A stretch of DNA of 64,000 nt from the NCBI GenBank assembly GCA_026417575.1, contig JAOACZ010000128.1:5127-69126 (forward strand). Direction: 5' to 3'. The translations under genes were made by a program, and so were the position numbers. Under the pieces are notes generated by a model, which was given only the letters and a program-made list of their open reading frames with translations, was not told the DNA's origin and made no database searches. Positions 60,070 to 64,000 of the stretch are shown one piece after another. The stretch is from a bacterium (GTDB taxonomy: Bacteria; Auribacterota; UBA3054; JAPLST01). Positions within the stretch are counted from its first letter, which is position 1. Every line of letters begins with the position of its first letter.

Positions 60070-60843
60070 TTACCGTGGGGGGCGGGGTGTGCCGCCGGGG
60101 AGTGTTGGGTCAGCCACGCTAGCTGCTGGTGGCGGAGGGGCAAGGGATGGAGCGCTGCGTACACGTGCATCTGTAGTGCCCACCGTGACGGGGGCTGTGC
60201 CCGGCTGAACAATTTTGCGTGGGGTAGCTGGGCCAACGGGTTCGTCGCTGGTGTGAAGTGTAGGCGGCTGGAGCGTTTCGTGATAGAACCAATCGCCTTG
60301 CCACACGAAGTCAGGGTAACCGCGCGCCAACCGTATGTCGCCGAAGTAACCCAGAGTCACTATGTCGGCCACACCCGCCGACATTCGGCTCATACCGCCG
60401 CCGAGGCCAGCTAGCCATGACGTGCCCAGTGCTTCATACCATGGGCGCTGGCTAGAGAATTCATACGTGAAGCCGCGCACAAGCTCGCCGGGCCAGAGGG
60501 TGAGGTTGGCAAACCCTCGCCAGAGACCGAAACCCATGACACGCCAGAGAGCAGTTGTGCGCATGGGAGGGGCGGTAAGTTCCTGGTAAGCGGATTCGCT
60601 GAGCAGATCGAGGTCCGGCACAGCCGCAGGTTGTGCGCCCGTAGGGCGAGCTTGCCCCAGCTCGGCGCGCGGAACCACAGGCGCGGCGAGCGGCAATCGC
60701 TCGGGAGCCGACGTTGGCGCACTCGCGCCAGCGCGCCCCACTACGCTTGTCGCCGGCTCCAATACCTGTGGTAACAGGACGTCGCCGTGTGCCAGCCATG
60801 CGGTGGCCACTACTGCTGCCCCAAGCCAACGGAGCGTCTTCAT
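60070..60843 (-). CDS. Paralogue 4 of the GWLE-x-PR-core secreted family, with Pro/Ala-rich N- and C-terminal extensions
   Basis: The start is placed at MKTLRWLGAAVVATAWLAHG (ATG at 60843; the ORF track extends to 60909). The core reads WRGFANLTLWPGELVRGFTYEF...GVADIVTLGYFG...YPDFVWQGDW. Confidence 0.55.
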   Translation of the reverse strand: MKTLRWLGAAVVATAWLAHGDVLLPQVLEPATSVVGRAGASAPTSAPERLPLAAPVVPRAELGQARPTGAQPAAVPDLDLLSESAYQELTAPPMRTTALWRVMGFGLWRGFANLTLWPGELVRGFTYEFSSQRPWYEALGTSWLAGLGGGMSRMSAGVADIVTLGYFGDIRLARGYPDFVWQGDWFYHETLQPPTLHTSDEPVGPATPRKIVQPGTAPVTVGTTDARVRSAPSLAPPPPAASVADPTLPGGTPRPPR

Positions 60844-60890
60844 TGTTGTCTTCCCATCATGTCGTGAGTTCAGGGTGAGTCGCCACGCGC

Positions 60891-61538
60891 TTACTCGCGA
60901 AACGACCACCAGTATGCTTCCACGCGGCGCGCAAACACGGGTAAACTTTCGCGCACCGTCTGCTTACACTCCCAACGGGGTTTGGTTAACGACCACATTG
61001 AGTACTGACCATTTCCCTGCGGTGTCGTCACGAATTCCACGTACTCAGGGACGTCCACCTCAATCGCCAGTGCGCGCCATACGCCGTCATCCTCAACCAG
61101 GTGTACATACAGAGCGCCTTTGGTGATGTTGGGGGGCGGTGTCTCACGCACGCACACAAATGGTACCACTGCAAGCATGCCATTCGTGGCTGCGTAGAGA
61201 TTCTGCACTTCCCAGCGCAAGCTCAACACGCTGTAGCGTAAGAGCTGAGTACAACCCGGGAAGTTTGTCAACGCCGCTCGCAAGCTGGGCATACAGTACA
61301 TGCCTGCACGGCGCATATCCCCGCGAGCCACCGCTCGCAACAACCCATTCACAGCCTCTTCCGGCGCTACCTCGCATCCTGCCACGAGCCCAGCTGTAGC
61401 TGCCACTAACGCCAGCACGCATGTGTGCCGTGCGAGCGCCCGACCGCCAGGCTTCGTGTGGCATTTCATACTGCCAGTGATTATAACAAATGCCACGTGA
61501 ATCGGCAAGGGCTCGTGATAGCTTGTTAGTAATCTCAC
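60891..61538 (-). CDS. Hypothetical lipoprotein
   Basis: A lipobox LVAGC follows a hydrophobic leader. The true start is probably the internal MKCHTKPGG at about 61469. No recognisable domain. It overlaps paralogue 4 by about 19 nt. Confidence 0.4.
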   Translation of the reverse strand: MRLLTSYHEPLPIHVAFVIITGSMKCHTKPGGRALARHTCVLALVAATAGLVAGCEVAPEEAVNGLLRAVARGDMRRAGMYCMPSLRAALTNFPGCTQLLRYSVLSLRWEVQNLYAATNGMLAVVPFVCVRETPPPNITKGALYVHLVEDDGVWRALAIEVDVPEYVEFVTTPQGNGQYSMWSLTKPRWECKQTVRESLPVFARRVEAYWWSFRE

Positions 61539-61695
61539 TAAAAGAGGCGCAAGCGGATCCCAACAGTCTAGCGAAAAAGAGCCCCGATGAGACAGAACTC
61601 ACAAATTAATTAGAGATGCAACACACTTGGACGAAGCGACGCGCGACAAGGCTCTACATCGGACCAGAGACCGGTATCACCGCTGCAGTTAAGAG

Positions 61696-62352
61696 TTATC
61701 TCTGATGTCGCACAATTCGTCCTTCGATCATGTAAATCAAGTCTTCCGCAATATTGGTCGCGTGGTCGGCAATGCGCTCGAGATGACGCGGAATCATAAC
61801 CAGTTCAATTAAGCCATCGAGCTGCTCTGGTTCGCGCTGAATCATAGCCTTCACGTGATCGTACATTTCACGGCACTGTTTGTCCACCATCGCATCTTCT
61901 TCGCACACACCGCGCGCCGTCGTCGCATCAAAGTTAACCAGCGCATCGAGGCACGCACGCACCATGCGCCGCACACGCTCGGCAATTGTCGAGAACTCGC
62001 GGGGGATCGCACGCGCCGGCAACAGCTCCGTCACGCGCGCCCCGCGCTTGGCAATATGCACGGCAATATCGCCCAGCCGCTCTAAGTCCCCATCCATCTT
62101 CAACACGGCTACGATAAAGCGGAGATCAATTGCCACCGGCTGGTGCAAGGCTAAAATTTTTAAACATTCCTCCTCTACTTCGACTTCCATTTCGTCAATT
62201 ACATTGTCTTGCTCAATCACTTGATTAGCCAACTTGACATCGCGCGTAAGGATCGAGGTCATGGCTCGTTCGAGTTGTTCTTCGACCAGCGCTCCCAAGC
62301 GCAAGATGCGCTTTTTCAAAATATTGATTTCACGTTCCAAATGTAATGACAT
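61696..62352 (-). CDS. phoU: Phosphate-transport system regulatory protein PhoU
   Basis: The start is placed at MSLHLEREINILKKRIL (ATG at 62352; the ORF track extends to 62463 into pstB). It has the duplicated three-helix-bundle PhoU repeats with D/E-rich metal sites. Confidence 0.85.
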   Translation of the reverse strand: MSLHLEREINILKKRILRLGALVEEQLERAMTSILTRDVKLANQVIEQDNVIDEMEVEVEEECLKILALHQPVAIDLRFIVAVLKMDGDLERLGDIAVHIAKRGARVTELLPARAIPREFSTIAERVRRMVRACLDALVNFDATTARGVCEEDAMVDKQCREMYDHVKAMIQREPEQLDGLIELVMIPRHLERIADHATNIAEDLIYMIEGRIVRHQR

Positions 62353-62380
62353 AGCAAGGCTCCGAGGTGTGACACATAGC

Positions 62381-63160
62381 TTAGCCGAAGCGGCCGGTGA
62401 TGTAGTCTTCCGTCTGCTTTGAGCGCGGACGCGAGAACAGTTCCGTCGTCGCCCCATACTCAATCAAATCGCCTTCATAAAAAAACGCCGTGTAATCAGA
62501 CACGCGCGCGGCCTGCTGCATATTATGGGTGACAATGATAATTGTGTAGCTCCCACGCAACTCGCCGATCAGATCTTCAATGCGCGTAGTCGCGCGGGGA
62601 TCGAGAGCAGACGTGGGCTCGTCCATCAGCAGAATTTCCGGGTCCACGGCCAACGCGCGCGCTATGCACAGCCGTTGCTGCTGACCACCGGAGAGACGTA
62701 AGGCATTTTCGTGCAGGCGATCTTTAACCTCGTCCCAAAGAGCAGCGCGCACCAAGCTGCGTTCAACGATTTCCGCAAGCTCATTCCGCCGCGTGCAGCC
62801 ACGCAGGCGAGGGCCATATGCCACATTGTCGAAAATGCTCTTCGGAAACGGGTTGGGCTTTTGGAAGACCATACCAATGCGCTGGCGCAAGGCGACGACA
62901 TCCACTTGCGGATCATAAATGTGCCACCCATCAAACAGTAACCGCCCGGCGGTGCGGCACGCGGGGATAAGGTCGTTCATCCGATTGATCGCGCGTAGAA
63001 ACGTGCTTTTCCCACACCCGCTCGGCCCGATAATCGCTGTGACATTCCCACGCGAAATATCTAACGTTACTTTGCGCACGGCCTCCATCGCCCCGTAAAA
63101 CACCGAGAAATTCTCGGCACGTACGTGCGGAGTATCAGAAGCAGTCAACACGTCACTCAT
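62381..63160 (-). CDS. pstB: Phosphate ABC transporter ATP-binding protein
   Basis: Walker [10 protein letters not shown], the [15 protein letters not shown] signature, Walker [12 protein letters not shown] and the PstB-specific termini are all present. Confidence 0.9.
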   Translation of the reverse strand: MSDVLTASDTPHVRAENFSVFYGAMEAVRKVTLDISRGNVTAIIGPSGCGKSTFLRAINRMNDLIPACRTAGRLLFDGWHIYDPQVDVVALRQRIGMVFQKPNPFPKSIFDNVAYGPRLRGCTRRNELAEIVERSLVRAALWDEVKDRLHENALRLSGGQQQRLCIARALAVDPEILLMDEPTSALDPRATTRIEDLIGELRGSYTIIIVTHNMQQAARVSDYTAFFYEGDLIEYGATTELFSRPRSKQTEDYITGRFG

Positions 63161-63163
63161 ACC

Positions 63164-63952
63164 TTATCCCTTAAGTTTTCGTGCGATGCGTGCCCGCAAC
63201 ATGATTGCTGTCAAATTTAATAATAATACCAGTCCCACCAGTACACATACCATGCCGAATTGCACATGCCGAATTTCATCTACAGCTTCATGTTCCGTGG
63301 ACACATTATAAATGTTCCACGACAGCGCCGGAGTAGGGTGATTGAACACTTCCCACAACTTGAGAGGTACGCCAACACTCACTGCCGCAGTGAAGATAAT
63401 CGGTGCAGTCTCACCAGCGGCACGCCCCATACTGATCACAATTCCGGTAAGAATACCCGGCAGGGCGGCAGGAAGAACGACCGTACACACCGTGCGCCAC
63501 GTACTCGCCCCCAGCGACAAGGCCGCCTCGCGGTAGGTGTGGGGTACCGCGCGAATGGCTTCCTCAGACGCCCGAATTACGGTCGGTAGCACCAACAACG
63601 CGAGTGTAAGCGAGCCCGCCAACACGCTTTTCGAGTGTGATACGTGGAGGGTGTTAATAAAAAACGCCAGCCCAAACAACCCAAATACGATACTTGGCAC
63701 GCCGGCCAGCGTGCTCATACATGAGCGCAGGAAGCGCACCGCCATGTTGTCTCCCGCGTACTCAGCTAGGTAAATGGCTGTCAGCACACCAAGAGGAATA
63801 GCAATCAGCATGGCTCCCACAGTCAGGTAAAACGTCCCCAACAGTTCCGGCATGATGCCGCCGAAGAAGTGGGCATCGCGCGAATCATCTGTAAGAAAGC
63901 CCCAGTACAGTGTGAGGCGCGGACGGAGCATCGCCGACAGATGTGTTTCCAC
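63164..63952 (-). CDS. pstA: Phosphate ABC transporter permease PstA. The N-terminus may extend beyond this ORF or the window.
   Basis: A multi-TM permease carrying the EAA-loop region (EAALSLGASTWRTVCTVVLPAALPGI) characteristic of PstA. It sits directly upstream of pstB. Confidence 0.8.
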   Translation of the reverse strand: METHLSAMLRPRLTLYWGFLTDDSRDAHFFGGIMPELLGTFYLTVGAMLIAIPLGVLTAIYLAEYAGDNMAVRFLRSCMSTLAGVPSIVFGLFGLAFFINTLHVSHSKSVLAGSLTLALLVLPTVIRASEEAIRAVPHTYREAALSLGASTWRTVCTVVLPAALPGILTGIVISMGRAAGETAPIIFTAAVSVGVPLKLWEVFNHPTPALSWNIYNVSTEHEAVDEIRHVQFGMVCVLVGLVLLLNLTAIMLRARIARKLKG

Positions 63953-64000
63953 GTACGGGAAAAGCGCAGTGACGCCTAGTCCAGTAAATGCCTCTGCGCG

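Overview
This is a high-GC (roughly 60% by eye) chromosomal segment from a Gram-negative bacterium. LpxA, DsbD, an AsmA-like protein and a BamE-like lipoprotein all point to an outer-membrane organism; the lineage cannot be assigned from sequence alone. No transposases, phage genes or CRISPR arrays are visible.

From the left end the window holds:
- potB (partial) and potA, followed by tRNA-Ser(GCU) and tRNA-Lys(CUU);
- a xerD-type recombinase;
- two adjacent frame-shifted pseudogenes (URO-D/MtaA-like and PfkB kinase);
- a 1087-aa glycoside hydrolase/phosphorylase-like gene;
- a two-gene metallo-beta-lactamase (MBL) plus photolyase-related operon;
- a seven-gene minus-strand sugar-catabolism operon (FGGY kinase, SAF-domain dehydrogenase, alcohol dehydrogenase, VOC, Dabb, FucI-like isomerase, TIM-barrel isomerase);
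- a locus rich in secreted peptidases (M14, M28, C10, M20) together with a beta-helix protein, a Cys-type sulfatase, uvrD and a DUF362/ferredoxin gene;
- an orphan lpxA, then gltB and gltD;
- a minus-strand envelope cluster: a hypothetical secreted protein, a 1263-aa tandem DUF3857/transglutaminase-like protein, an AsmA-like protein, DsbD, an FmdB zinc ribbon, a monothiol thioredoxin-like lipoprotein, and a small secreted protein with a Cys-Pro-rich tail;
- an M29 aminopeptidase, a repeat lipoprotein, a 50-aa basic protein that the ORF track misses, tpiA, and a secreted SNase-ComEA nuclease;
- a minus-strand run of icd, ahcY, three tandem paralogues of the small secreted family, a lipoprotein, phoU, pstB and pstA.

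The most unusual content:
- a four-member paralogous family of small secreted proteins sharing a W-L-E-x-P-R core, one of which heads the DsbD/thioredoxin-like/FmdB/AsmA operon;
- PEP-CTERM-like sorting tails that sit inside, not at the end of, two secreted enzymes;
- a tandemly duplicated transglutaminase-like giant protein preceded by three palindromic 17-mer repeats;
- several near-consensus sigma70 promoters, one of which drives a leaderless GTG start.
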